A DNA stretch of 64,000 nucleotides from a phage. Positions 44,258 to 53,780 of the stretch are shown in pieces. Both the position numbers and the translations under genes were made by a program. The stretch's first letter is position 1. Each line of letters starts with the position of its first letter. Location of the stretch: sequence record PZ386967.1. One strand, written 5' to 3'. The notes beneath the pieces were generated by a model. That model was not told where the DNA came from and did no database searches. It saw only the letters and a list, made by a program, of their open reading frames with translations.

Positions 44258-44799
44258 TGTTTACAGTCGTCGTTTCATACCATGCGGAGAACGCTGCTCA
44301 GGCATCCTCCAAATTCGCCGAGCACATCATCGGCGGCGGCCATAATGTATTCCTTACCGAATACAACAGGCCTGTTAAACCGGGCGACGGTCTTTCGGCG
44401 ACTGTTACGCATAAGATCGCCAGCGAGCAACCAGAGTCTCTGTTCAGAATGATCGAAGAGTATGCCAGTGGTGGCATCAAGATACCAGATGAACTGGTAG
44501 ACGTCTATTTCGAAGGCTCGATCTATTACATCCACGCTATGCCAAAGGATATAACCATTGAACAGATGATGTATATCCTGAATATAGCACTGAACACTGC
44601 GTGCATCAACCGCACGAACTACAACAATCTGCGCAATATGTACCTAACCGACCGGCATAATGACGCATCGTCACTTGTTGAGACAATGTCCCTGAAGAGC
44701 ATCCAAGAGGCGGTTAACATTTTGTCCCAGAAGGTTATGGGTGTAGACTTACTAACGACGATTAACAACAAAGAGGAAGTGAAATGGCCAGTTCATTAA
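44257..44799 (+). CDS. Hypothetical protein within the nucleotide-metabolism operon
   Basis: 180 aa ORF, start overlaps upstream stop. Confidence 0.5.
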   Translation: MFTVVVSYHAENAAQASSKFAEHIIGGGHNVFLTEYNRPVKPGDGLSATVTHKIASEQPESLFRMIEEYASGGIKIPDELVDVYFEGSIYYIHAMPKDITIEQMMYILNIALNTACINRTNYNNLRNMYLTDRHNDASSLVETMSLKSIQEAVNILSQKVMGVDLLTTINNKEEVKWPVH

Positions 44800-45869
44800 T
44801 GGACCGCATGCTGAAGGTTGCTAAGAAACACGATGACCAGGCTTCAGTGCTGTCCCAATCAGACGCTCTGGAACCGTCTATCATCTGTTCTACTGGTATT
44901 CCCCTGATCGACATCGCATGGTCTGGGCGTATTGACGGCGGTCTGATCTCCGGTATCAAGATGATGGTGGGTGATTCCCGTACCTTCAAAACGATGTTCG
45001 GCCTGGTCGATGTCAAGGCGTACATGGACAAGTTCCCTGATGCTATCTGCGTCTTTGCGGACTCAGAAAAGGGTGCCAACGCAGATTACTGGACCTCTAT
45101 GGATATTGACATGGACCGCGTCCTGTACGTACCGATCGACAACGTTGAACAGACCAAGATCCGCTTGCTACAGATCCTACAGGAAGTCAAGAAAGGCGAC
45201 CATGTTATTGTCTTCATCGACTCTATCAGCCAACTTCCCTCCACCAAGGAAGTTGAAGATGCGATCAAAGGGAACGACACTCAAGACATGACCCGCGCCC
45301 GTGCCCTCAACAGCTTCTGGCGTGTCATGACTCCTGAAATCAACAGCAAAAATCTCGTGTGTGTTTGGATCAACTCCTATTACGATGAGATCGGCAACCA
45401 GTATGCCGAGCCCAACATCAAAGGCGGCAAGCAGGGCTTCTTATCCTCCAACTTGATCTGGTTTATCACCCGTTCTCAGGTGAAGGAAGACAAAGATCTG
45501 CTGGGCTGGAACTTCAACATAAGCATCATGAAAGGTCGCCATGTCAAAGAGAAAGCCAAGCTCCCTGTGACGGTACTGTACAACGGTGGTATTGATCGCT
45601 GGAGCGGCCTGCTTGAGATCGCTCGTGCTCTGGGTTATGTTGATATGCCGTCTTCCGGCTGGTATGTGCGTACAGCCAAGGGTGGTTTCGATCCTGAGAA
45701 GGAAAAGAAATATCAGAAGCGTCAGATGGGTGATGATTTCTGGTATCCGCTGCTGGAGAATGTCAACTTCGCCGATGACGTGAAGAAAATGTTCGGTGTT
45801 TCTAACGGTACTGTTATGCCTGCTAACATGCTGGAGCAAATGGACCATGTTATTAACACAAGCGAATAA
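44784..45869 (+). CDS. uvsX: UvsX RecA-like recombinase
   Basis: Extensive similarity to T4 UvsX from memory (DAVCLFYDSE versus DAICVFADSE; VVFIDSL; DMTRAK; GGIDPYSGLL). Confidence 0.85.
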   Translation: MASSLMDRMLKVAKKHDDQASVLSQSDALEPSIICSTGIPLIDIAWSGRIDGGLISGIKMMVGDSRTFKTMFGLVDVKAYMDKFPDAICVFADSEKGANADYWTSMDIDMDRVLYVPIDNVEQTKIRLLQILQEVKKGDHVIVFIDSISQLPSTKEVEDAIKGNDTQDMTRARALNSFWRVMTPEINSKNLVCVWINSYYDEIGNQYAEPNIKGGKQGFLSSNLIWFITRSQVKEDKDLLGWNFNISIMKGRHVKEKAKLPVTVLYNGGIDRWSGLLEIARALGYVDMPSSGWYVRTAKGGFDPEKEKKYQKRQMGDDFWYPLLENVNFADDVKKMFGVSNGTVMPANMLEQMDHVINTSE

Positions 45870-46176
45870 TAGTGGAGGGGGAGGAGACTCCCCCAATAAC
45901 TACACAATCATCGACCCTGGTGCTGATCAGCTGGCGATCATCAAGATCACTTCTGGCAAATTCCGTGGTGTTCAATTCCGGTTCGGCAAGGTGGCTATTA
46001 ACGAAGTGGACGGCGAACCCCGCCTGTCTTTCGTGACTGATATATTGAAGAAACCATTGCGTCTGATGTTTGTGAATTTGAAAGAAAATGACTTGTTCAC
46101 TGAGGTATCAGGGGATATCCTTGTAGACCTCATGCAGCGTAATGCTCAGGAATATAATAAATTTTTGGTGGGGTAG
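45847..46176 (+). CDS. Hypothetical protein between uvsX and gene 41
   Basis: Start trimmed to MLLTQ; overlaps end of uvsX. Confidence 0.4.
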   Translation: MLLTQANNSGGGGDSPNNYTIIDPGADQLAIIKITSGKFRGVQFRFGKVAINEVDGEPRLSFVTDILKKPLRLMFVNLKENDLFTEVSGDILVDLMQRNAQEYNKFLVG

Positions 46177-46182
46177 TGGCCA

Positions 46183-47607
46183 ATGTTACTCGAATCTGTC
46201 GTGCTTTCACAGTTGATTTACAATGAAGATTACCAAAGAAAGATCCTGCCGTACCTGAAAGCCGATTATTTTGACAACGAAGGCGAAAAGGTCATCTTTG
46301 GCCTGATTGACAGTTATACCTCAGAGTACAATGCCCGCCCGTCTGTCGAAGCACTATCTATCATTCTTGAACGGACAAAGTTGAACGAATATGTGTTTGA
46401 CCAGGCAGTGACTGCCCTGGAGAACATCAACGACAACACCTTCAATGAAGAGTGGCTGGCGAAGGAAACCGAGGCTTGGGCGCGGCAAAAAGCCGTACAC
46501 AACGCAATCAAGACCGCCGTCAACATCTACGGTGACGAGAAGCGCAAGGACGAGATGAACAACATCCCGACCATGTTGCAGGAAGCCCTGGCTATCCGGT
46601 TTGATTCATACCTCGGTCACATCTATTGGGAGATGGCGGCAGAGCAGTATGACCACATGAACTCCAACGAGGCCAAGATCCCGTTCGCAGTTGAGATCTT
46701 CAATAAGGCGACACGTGGTGGCGTTGGTAAGAAGACACTGAACATCGTAACAGGTGCGATCAACGCAGGTAAGACCACAACGCTGATTGACCTGACCGCA
46801 GGGTACTCGGAGCAGGGGCTGAACGTCTTTGTCTTCACCCTTGAAGTGGCCGAGAACGTCTGGCGACACCGTCTTGATGCCCGTATCATGCGTCGCGACT
46901 TTGAGTCTTTAGAGAAACTCACAAGGCACGAGTATATTGCAACGATAGAGAAGCTCCGCAGTCGCCAAGATGGTGCGCCCAAGGGTGATATCGTCATCAA
47001 GGAATATCCTTCTGGTACTGGACACACGGGTTTATTCCGCCGCGATATCCTTGAGTACATCCAGGCAACAGGTCGTGCTCCTGATGTTATCGTTATTGAC
47101 TATCTTGGCGAAGCTGCTTCCTCGCGCCTGCCTTCCCACCTGATGCAGAACACGAACGTCTATTACACGTCTGTGGCTCGTGAGTTTCGTGCGCTGGGAT
47201 TTGAGTTTGATGTCCCTGTATGGACTGGTATGCAGTTCAATCGTGAGAATCAGAATAGCACTGATGGTGGAATCAGTGATCTGGCAGATGCTATCGGTAT
47301 TCCGAAGGTGGCCGACTTCATCATGGCATTCTATGCTCCTGACGAACTGGCGGCGGTCAAGAAAGCCCGAGCCTCAATACTCAAGAACCGTTATGCCAAC
47401 AAGCAGAAGCTGAAGTCATTCCTGTTTGGTATGGACCAAGACAAACAGATCCTGTTTGACCTGGACTGGAACGAAGTTAAGAAGGATCTGACTGAGGCTG
47501 AGGCCAAATATGTCGAAAACGTACACATCAAACATGACCTCAACAAGTCCGGGGCTGCTGCCAGCGATGAGCAGAAAGCCCAAACAGTCAATAATTGGAA
47601 ATTCTAG
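46183..47607 (+). CDS. 41: Replicative DnaB-like helicase gp41
   Basis: Walker A GAINAGKTT; strong collinearity with T4 gp41 including C-terminal NWKF/ELKF ending. Confidence 0.85.
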   Translation: MLLESVVLSQLIYNEDYQRKILPYLKADYFDNEGEKVIFGLIDSYTSEYNARPSVEALSIILERTKLNEYVFDQAVTALENINDNTFNEEWLAKETEAWARQKAVHNAIKTAVNIYGDEKRKDEMNNIPTMLQEALAIRFDSYLGHIYWEMAAEQYDHMNSNEAKIPFAVEIFNKATRGGVGKKTLNIVTGAINAGKTTTLIDLTAGYSEQGLNVFVFTLEVAENVWRHRLDARIMRRDFESLEKLTRHEYIATIEKLRSRQDGAPKGDIVIKEYPSGTGHTGLFRRDILEYIQATGRAPDVIVIDYLGEAASSRLPSHLMQNTNVYYTSVAREFRALGFEFDVPVWTGMQFNRENQNSTDGGISDLADAIGIPKVADFIMAFYAPDELAAVKKARASILKNRYANKQKLKSFLFGMDQDKQILFDLDWNEVKKDLTEAEAKYVENVHIKHDLNKSGAAASDEQKAQTVNNWKF

Positions 47608-47671
47608 GCAATTCAATAAAGCGGGTCATAGGGTATAATTCTATGATCTGAATGTAAACCAGGAGCACATC

Positions 47672-48007
47672 ATGTCACACAATGATTTTATGGCTGGCCT
47701 GGTGCAGGCCGCCAAACAGGTGTGCCACACCAAACAAGCGATTGAGCTGAGTCCGGAGCAGACTCTGGAGTTCTTCAACAATCGTAAAATCTGGGAGGAA
47801 TATGGAATTGGTATGATATGCCAAGAGGGTGAACTCGTACAGCTGGATCTGCCGTCATTCCCCCTTCCAGTGCGCACTAACACAGTGGAATGGTATACGA
47901 CGGAAGATGGTGTAGAGATCATCCCGAAGTTCCAGTATCACTCCATCGTAAACTTCTTTTTACGCCGTTGCGGGACTAATCTGATCCCACAAGGTATGAG
48001 ATCCTAA
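47672..48007 (+). CDS. Hypothetical protein
   Basis: 111 aa ORF. Confidence 0.4.
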   Translation: MSHNDFMAGLVQAAKQVCHTKQAIELSPEQTLEFFNNRKIWEEYGIGMICQEGELVQLDLPSFPLPVRTNTVEWYTTEDGVEIIPKFQYHSIVNFFLRRCGTNLIPQGMRS

Positions 48008-48022
48008 CAAGAGGAACACCAA

Positions 48023-48337
48023 ATGTCTGTAGAACAAATCGGTTTTTATGTACTACCTTCTGATCCTGAATCCCGTCGCAAGCTGATAGGTGCGATTGAA
48101 AACTGTCGTGCCGCCCAGGTCCGCATCAAGTCGGAACAGACTTTCATTACTGAGACTCTGGCCGAGCTGGCGAAAGAGACGGGCATCAAGGCCAGCGACC
48201 TGCGCAAGGTTGTATCCGACCGCGCCAATGGAACTTACCATAAGACGATCGAAACGAGCGAGAAATATCAAGACTTGTACGAGTCTCTATTCCCGAACGC
48301 CAAGCCCGATCGAGATCCGAATGCCAGTGGCGAATAA
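48023..48337 (+). CDS. Hypothetical protein
   Basis: 104 aa ORF. Confidence 0.4.
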   Translation: MSVEQIGFYVLPSDPESRRKLIGAIENCRAAQVRIKSEQTFITETLAELAKETGIKASDLRKVVSDRANGTYHKTIETSEKYQDLYESLFPNAKPDRDPNASGE

Positions 48338-48344
48338 GTCAATA

Positions 48345-48420
48345 GAACACCAAGAAGCCCAGTCAAGTACTGGGCTTTTTAACTTCAATAACTTTACTTT
48401 CAAGAAATAATCGCCTAATA
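48345..48420 (+). promoter_or_regulatory. Terminator hairpin plus early-type promoter TTTACT-N17-TAATAT
   Basis: GCCCAGT-caagt-ACTGGGC hairpin with T-run then promoter; coordinates approximate. Confidence 0.45.
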
Positions 48421-48452
48421 TTTAATCTGTATTGAAGAGTTACAACTACATC

Positions 48453-49658
48453 ATGAGGCTGGAAATGAACGTCAAAACATTCAATATTCCGATCGACAAT
48501 GAAGGGTTGGTAGTTGAGCGACTGAAGAAGCTCGAGCGCACTGCCGAAAGGTTGGGTGTTCCGTTTCCGACTGTGACTTATGGTGAACCCTTCAAAACCC
48601 ACACCCGCGACTTCACTGGTGAGATCCTTACTCACTGGTGGAAACCTGTTACTCTCGAAGGCGAAGGCATTGACCGCCCCGTCTCTTATGGTGGCTGGAA
48701 GATCATCGGTCAGTTCAATCACGAATATCCAAAGGTTATTCTTAACCGCCTGTCCGACAACATCAATCCTGACTTCATCCGTCACTTCGAGACAGAGAAC
48801 GTCTCTTGGTGTCAGCATTGCAATCTAGTCATCCGTCGCAAGAACACGTATGTGATTGAAAATGAGGAAACGCATACCCAGATGCTGATTGGTAGCACCT
48901 GTATGCATCATTATGTGCCTCATCAGAAGTCCCTTGACGCGATTATGTCTTACTATCTGGAAATCCAAGAGTTCTTCATGCCAGACGAGGACGACCCAGA
49001 GGGTATATATCGCGTCCAAAATGAGCGCTTCGTCGACACCCACAGTTTCCTGCGCGCATGCTTCCAGGTGATGCTAGCAGGCGTGGATATCAAGTCTGAA
49101 CTGTTTGACAAAGTACTGGGCTATGTCCGGTCTCATCAGAAACCAAAAGCAGGTTCCGATGAAGAGTATTTCGTAAACAAGGCACACGAATACCGTGAAG
49201 ATGCCGAGTCGGAAATGTACCATATGAAGCTTTTCATCAGTGCGCTGTCCGAATCTAATGAGTTCAATGTTCGCCTGAAACGCATGTGTGAACCCGGCTA
49301 TCACCTCATCAAGGATAACAACACAGTCCGCTGGGGTGCCAAGAAGTATTACGATTACATCCATCGTCCTCGTACTGACCGCAAGGCGGAGAACAAATGG
49401 GTGGGTGAAGTCGGTGAAATGCTGGAAGTGCAAGTCAGGTTCGACAAGCGCACCTTCCTCTTCTCCAATGAATATGGTGATAGCTACCTGTTTACTTTCA
49501 AAACAGCAGAAGGCAATACAATTACCTGGAAGACCTCTTATATGGATACAGAGTTCTTGCAGGGTGATATGATCATCCGTGGTCGTGTTAAAGAACTGAC
49601 TGAGTACAACGGCGTTAAACAAACTCAGGTCACCAGAGCTAAATTGAGGAAGTTATGA
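48453..49658 (+). CDS. Hypothetical protein (402 aa) with Cys/His cluster
   Basis: Start trimmed to MRLEMNVK; CQHCN ... CMHH region suggests metal binding. Confidence 0.5.
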   Translation: MRLEMNVKTFNIPIDNEGLVVERLKKLERTAERLGVPFPTVTYGEPFKTHTRDFTGEILTHWWKPVTLEGEGIDRPVSYGGWKIIGQFNHEYPKVILNRLSDNINPDFIRHFETENVSWCQHCNLVIRRKNTYVIENEETHTQMLIGSTCMHHYVPHQKSLDAIMSYYLEIQEFFMPDEDDPEGIYRVQNERFVDTHSFLRACFQVMLAGVDIKSELFDKVLGYVRSHQKPKAGSDEEYFVNKAHEYREDAESEMYHMKLFISALSESNEFNVRLKRMCEPGYHLIKDNNTVRWGAKKYYDYIHRPRTDRKAENKWVGEVGEMLEVQVRFDKRTFLFSNEYGDSYLFTFKTAEGNTITWKTSYMDTEFLQGDMIIRGRVKELTEYNGVKQTQVTRAKLRKL

Positions 49659-49770
49659 ATTTGATTGAGTTTGTTCTGAAGTCGTTCGCCTTCGGTCTGA
49701 TAGCATGTGGGATGATTACAGCTATGCTTCTCATCATAGCCCTGGTCATCCCCTTTAAGAGGAAACGTTG

Positions 49771-49983
49771 ATGGAATGTTCATGCGGAGGGCAGGGCACA
49801 AGTGCTTACCTGCCATTCACCACTGTGAAGGAAGCCGAAGCCGCTGGATTTGCCGTGGACAAGGCTCCCTGTGTAATCGCCACGAAGGATTGCCCGTGCT
49901 GTAAGAGGCACTCTCAGGACGTCTTCTACGCTCCTGATGCGCGTCCGGCTACGGTCAACCTACTCTCATTGATGAGGAAGTGA
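49771..49983 (+). CDS. Cys-rich small protein
   Basis: MECSCGG ... CPCC, 8 Cys in 70 aa. Confidence 0.4.
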   Translation: MECSCGGQGTSAYLPFTTVKEAEAAGFAVDKAPCVIATKDCPCCKRHSQDVFYAPDARPATVNLLSLMRK

Positions 49984-50213
49984 CATGCGCAAGTATTTCA
50001 ACTGGCTGTTGGCAAGCCCCTGAGCACCGAAATCCGTTGTCTGATAGATGCGATCGATGTTGAAATGGAATGGCGAGCGCCGGATTAATCGCACAAAGGC
50101 TCAGGCCGAAATTAAAATCGTGAAGAAGTCCACAAGGCTCTGGGTTTCATAACAAATAATTCAATAAACTATTCACCCATATAATACATGGGAACTTACA
50201 GAAGGAACAGACC

Positions 50214-50555
50214 ATGACTACACTCGTAGAAACATTATTCCCAGGCTGCGTGCTTGGGCGCGGTGGATCCGAAGCCAACGGGCTACCGATTGACGTCGAA
50301 CCTCAGAACTGTGTTATTGTTGACAAGTTTCACGACAACCACTATGCCCTGAACAATCGTCGTGACCACTATCTTGTTTCCGTAGGAGATTCTTTGGTCA
50401 GTCTGCGCATCTGCAAGGCTATGCCAGGATCCGGCTATGGAGCATTCGCCTATATTCACAGCGTGTCAAATGACAAGCTGGGTAAAGAAGCCCTGGTTGA
50501 AAAATTCAAGAGTTGGAAGGATTCTTTCACCTCAATTGAACCCCCGAAGAAATAA
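50214..50555 (+). CDS. Hypothetical protein
   Basis: 113 aa ORF. Confidence 0.45.
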   Translation: MTTLVETLFPGCVLGRGGSEANGLPIDVEPQNCVIVDKFHDNHYALNNRRDHYLVSVGDSLVSLRICKAMPGSGYGAFAYIHSVSNDKLGKEALVEKFKSWKDSFTSIEPPKK

Positions 50556-50572
50556 CTGAGGACTACACACTG

Positions 50573-51181
50573 ATGTCACTGAAAAACTTACTGAAACGCA
50601 TCTTCACCACTGTTGAAGCTAACGTCACCGCAGGTCTGGATAAACTGACCGACACCGAAAAGCGCCTGAACCTGGCTGCTCGCAAGCTGTCTGACGAAAT
50701 CCGTCGCCTGGAGGAAGCCCGTGTCACCAACGTCCGCAACGGCGTCAAGCTGAAGAAGACCGCAGAACAGAACCTAAGTGAAGCCGCCAAGCGCGAAGAA
50801 GTTCTGAAGGACGCCATCGCTCGTGGTGTCACACCAACCCGCGCCGACGCCCTGATTATTCTGCATCGCCGCCGTATCGGTGAAGCCCTGTTGGCTCAGG
50901 TGAAGGACATCGAAGCAAGCAGCGACAAACTGAACGGTGCGATCATCCAGCTGGGTGACAAACTGGACGAAGTCAAGTCCAATCTCGAGCTGGTTCGTGT
51001 TCAGAAAGAGACGAACGACCTGGGTCTGGTGCTCCCTGAAGATATCGATTATGCCGCTGGTATGACCACCATCGATATCGATGCCATCCTGCGCGAAACC
51101 GAAATCGCTGATTCGAGCTACTCCGCCAACAGCCCGTCGTCTATCGAAGCCGACAACTACCTCGCCAGCCTGAGCAAATAA
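50573..51181 (+). CDS. PspA/IM30 (phage shock protein A)-like coiled-coil protein
   Basis: N-terminus LKRIFTTVEANVTAGLDKLTDTEK parallels PspA [24 protein letters not shown]; all-helical coiled-coil composition. Confidence 0.5.
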   Translation: MSLKNLLKRIFTTVEANVTAGLDKLTDTEKRLNLAARKLSDEIRRLEEARVTNVRNGVKLKKTAEQNLSEAAKREEVLKDAIARGVTPTRADALIILHRRRIGEALLAQVKDIEASSDKLNGAIIQLGDKLDEVKSNLELVRVQKETNDLGLVLPEDIDYAAGMTTIDIDAILRETEIADSSYSANSPSSIEADNYLASLSK

Positions 51182-51195
51182 CATCAGAGGGGCTT

Positions 51196-51756
51196 ATGCC
51201 CCTCTATCACTTCGGGGATCTTATGAACATTATTGATTCTTTCAACATACTCACTGGTGCTACTGCTTTCGTTCTTTTGTGTATTGGCAGTGCCTGGCTG
51301 AGAGGTCGACTGAAGAAACGGGAAGTCTTGAAGCGAGACCGTATTGACATCCACAAAATAATGCTGGATAGAACTTGCAAACATGGCCCCAGCGGTGACT
51401 TCCGTTTGTATTATTTGTCGGATGAAGTCACCCCTTCGGAATTCTTCAATTATGCGATGGCTGGGTTGCGATGGCCGGAGATAAACGGCGTTGTTCAGAA
51501 AACTGATTACGTGTACGTGAATATGGCTTCCCTGAACAAGCACGGGGAACGCGACGATCTGCGGATGTGGTTCTTTGGAGGAGAGGAACAAGAAGAGTTT
51601 GTAAAAGAACTTGCTCTCTTGCTTAACACGTACGAAAAGGCTGGTTGCCCACCACTCGAGGTGGAAGAATCAGTAGAATCTATCGTGGCTCGCGCTCGTG
51701 GTGAAACCGTGGATCTACTGAACAAATACGGCTTTGTCTGGGCGGAGGGTTCATGA
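51196..51756 (+). CDS. Membrane-anchored protein (N-terminal TM), holin-like topology
   Basis: Single N-terminal hydrophobic segment then soluble domain; hairpin terminator between it and the PspA-like gene. Confidence 0.45.
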   Translation: MPLYHFGDLMNIIDSFNILTGATAFVLLCIGSAWLRGRLKKREVLKRDRIDIHKIMLDRTCKHGPSGDFRLYYLSDEVTPSEFFNYAMAGLRWPEINGVVQKTDYVYVNMASLNKHGERDDLRMWFFGGEEQEEFVKELALLLNTYEKAGCPPLEVEESVESIVARARGETVDLLNKYGFVWAEGS

Positions 51757-51811
51757 TGGATACAGAAGTCATTATCAGCCAAGCAAGATCCCACACCCGC
51801 CAATAATCTAT

Positions 51812-51844
51812 TGAAGTCCCCAGGGTTATAATAGCAGCACATAT
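51812..51844 (+). promoter_or_regulatory. Perfect 11-bp inverted repeat containing TATAAT upstream of ligase gene
   Basis: CCAGGGTTATA-atagcagcaca-TATAACCCTGG; coordinates approximate. Confidence 0.4.
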
Positions 51845-51861
51845 AACCCTGGAGACACCGC

Positions 51862-53292
51862 ATGATCCCTATCCTTGAAACAGTCCGCCGACTTCGCGAA
51901 ACCAAAGGCAGCAATGCGAAGAAAGCCGTGCTGACCGAAGCATTCAAGAACAACCCAGACTTGGCAGACTTCCTGCAGTATGTCTATGACCCAATGACGT
52001 CGTTCTATCGGACTGAGTTGAAGCTCAGCGCGTACCCTCGCATGCTCGTCCGTGAGAAGACTGATGACATTAGCGAAGTCTATGGCGTCCTCGACCAGAT
52101 GGCGCAGCGCCTTGTCGGTGGCCAAAAGGCTGATGCCCTGTTGGCCTCTGTCGCCCTGAAGATGGATCCCCAATACCACGAACTCATTCAGATGATCCTA
52201 GACCGTGATATCAAGGCGGGTATCGCTGAGAAGGGCATCAATGCAGCGTTCAAAGCAGCGGGTGGCACAGGCCGACTGATCAACATCCTTCCGTATCATC
52301 GTTATGACAACATGACGATTGACCTGCTGAAGAAGATGGACTTCAAGCGTGGTGTCTACAGCCAGCTGAAGTCAGACGGTATGTTCGCCAACATCATATG
52401 TCGGTACAATAAAGAGCCTGAGATTCGCTCTCGATCCGGTTCCCTTATCGCAGGCGGTTCGGTTGACAACCTGTCACTGGTGTTCAAGGACATCATCTAC
52501 GATGCGGGGATTGGTGAGAGTGTGTTCCATGGTGAACTTCTCGTTGTTGACCTCAAGTCGAATACCATCCTGCCTCGTGCTGTCGGTAACGGTAAACTCA
52601 ACAGCGTGATTCAGACAGGAGAACCCCTAGAAGATCGTTATCGGGTGATCTACCGGGTGTGGGATGTTATCCCGTACGACAACTGGTTCAACGCCCAGCG
52701 CGTGGACACCCCGTATGAAACCCGCTTCGACATGATCATGCAAATGTTTTGTGAAGACGACGGTCTGGTTCAGGTTCAAGAAACCCGTGTTGTTCACTCA
52801 TTTGCCGAAGCCGTCGACCACTTCAAAGACGCGCTGGCTCGCAAAGAAGAAGGCACGATATGTAAGGCCGCAGACATGCCGTGGGAAGATGGTACTTCTT
52901 CTGAAGGTCTGAAGCTGAAGATGGAGGTTGAGTGTGACCTTGAAATCGTGGGCTTCAACGAGGCTGACAAGAAGGGTAAACACGCCAAGACTTTTGGCTC
53001 ACTGATTTGTAAAACTTCCGATGGCCTGCTTGTTGTTGGCGTATCAGGGATCTCAGATGAGCTGAGACGCCATATGTGGGAGAACCAGGGCGATTACATT
53101 GGCAAGATCGCCGCAGTGCTCTCCAATGGCGTACAGGACAAGACAGACGATGCGATGAAGTCTTTGTTCCTACCTCGCCTTGTAGAAGTCCGCATTGACA
53201 AGAAAGTGGCCAACACACTGGATGAAGTCTATGCGATACAGAAAGCGTACATCGAAAACATCGCATTCCTGTTGGAGAAGGGTAATGGGTGA
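51862..53292 (+). CDS. 30: ATP-dependent DNA ligase
   Basis: Adenylation motif KSDGM (KxDG); size and layout of phage ATP-dependent ligase. Confidence 0.75.
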   Translation: MIPILETVRRLRETKGSNAKKAVLTEAFKNNPDLADFLQYVYDPMTSFYRTELKLSAYPRMLVREKTDDISEVYGVLDQMAQRLVGGQKADALLASVALKMDPQYHELIQMILDRDIKAGIAEKGINAAFKAAGGTGRLINILPYHRYDNMTIDLLKKMDFKRGVYSQLKSDGMFANIICRYNKEPEIRSRSGSLIAGGSVDNLSLVFKDIIYDAGIGESVFHGELLVVDLKSNTILPRAVGNGKLNSVIQTGEPLEDRYRVIYRVWDVIPYDNWFNAQRVDTPYETRFDMIMQMFCEDDGLVQVQETRVVHSFAEAVDHFKDALARKEEGTICKAADMPWEDGTSSEGLKLKMEVECDLEIVGFNEADKKGKHAKTFGSLICKTSDGLLVVGVSGISDELRRHMWENQGDYIGKIAAVLSNGVQDKTDDAMKSLFLPRLVEVRIDKKVANTLDEVYAIQKAYIENIAFLLEKGNG

Positions 53293-53518
53293 GTATATGA
53301 GTTTCTGGTGGGCGAAGTTCTTGGTTGAACTTCAGATATCCGGCATCGTCTTCTTGATCGCCTTGATCCCAGTTGCCCGTTCGGCGTTCAAGCAATGGCG
53401 CTGCAAACACAGCACCTATCGTGAGAACCATGCTTGCCATGCTATCTGCACCCATTGTGGGAAGGATCTTGGGTTTGTGGGCACTGTCCGCAAGATGAAG
53501 AATCACAAAGAGGTGTGA
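53285..53518 (+). CDS. Small membrane protein with Cys/His cluster
   Basis: Start trimmed; TM segment then CKH..C..C..HC. Confidence 0.35.
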   Translation: MGEYMSFWWAKFLVELQISGIVFLIALIPVARSAFKQWRCKHSTYRENHACHAICTHCGKDLGFVGTVRKMKNHKEV

Positions 53519-53522
53519 TCTG

Positions 53523-53780
53523 ATGGACGAGCTATTCGCATTGGTGATTGCATTAACGTTCTTACTGTCCTTGATTATCAGCTCGCTTGTGTTGTTGCTG
53601 GTGTGGATAGCTATTCCCGAGATCAATAACCACAAGGCGCTCGTTGTCGTGATTATCCTAGGTCTGAGTGCTTCCCTTACTCTTCACTATTCCAAACAGG
53701 AGTATAATCCTAACAAATATTACAAGACATTAGCGGACAAGTATCATGAGTTTAAGAATGAAAGAGCTTCCGGTAAATGA
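53523..53780 (+). CDS. Small membrane protein (two TM segments)
   Basis: Two hydrophobic helices. Confidence 0.4.
   Translation: MDELFALVIALTFLLSLIISSLVLLLVWIAIPEINNHKALVVVIILGLSASLTLHYSKQEYNPNKYYKTLADKYHEFKNERASGK

Noticed and set aside
44257-44799. Beta-glucosyltransferase at the T4 beta-gt position next to uvsX
   Set aside because: The 180-aa product is half the size of T4 beta-gt and shows none of its remembered sequence features; no glycosyltransferase call made.
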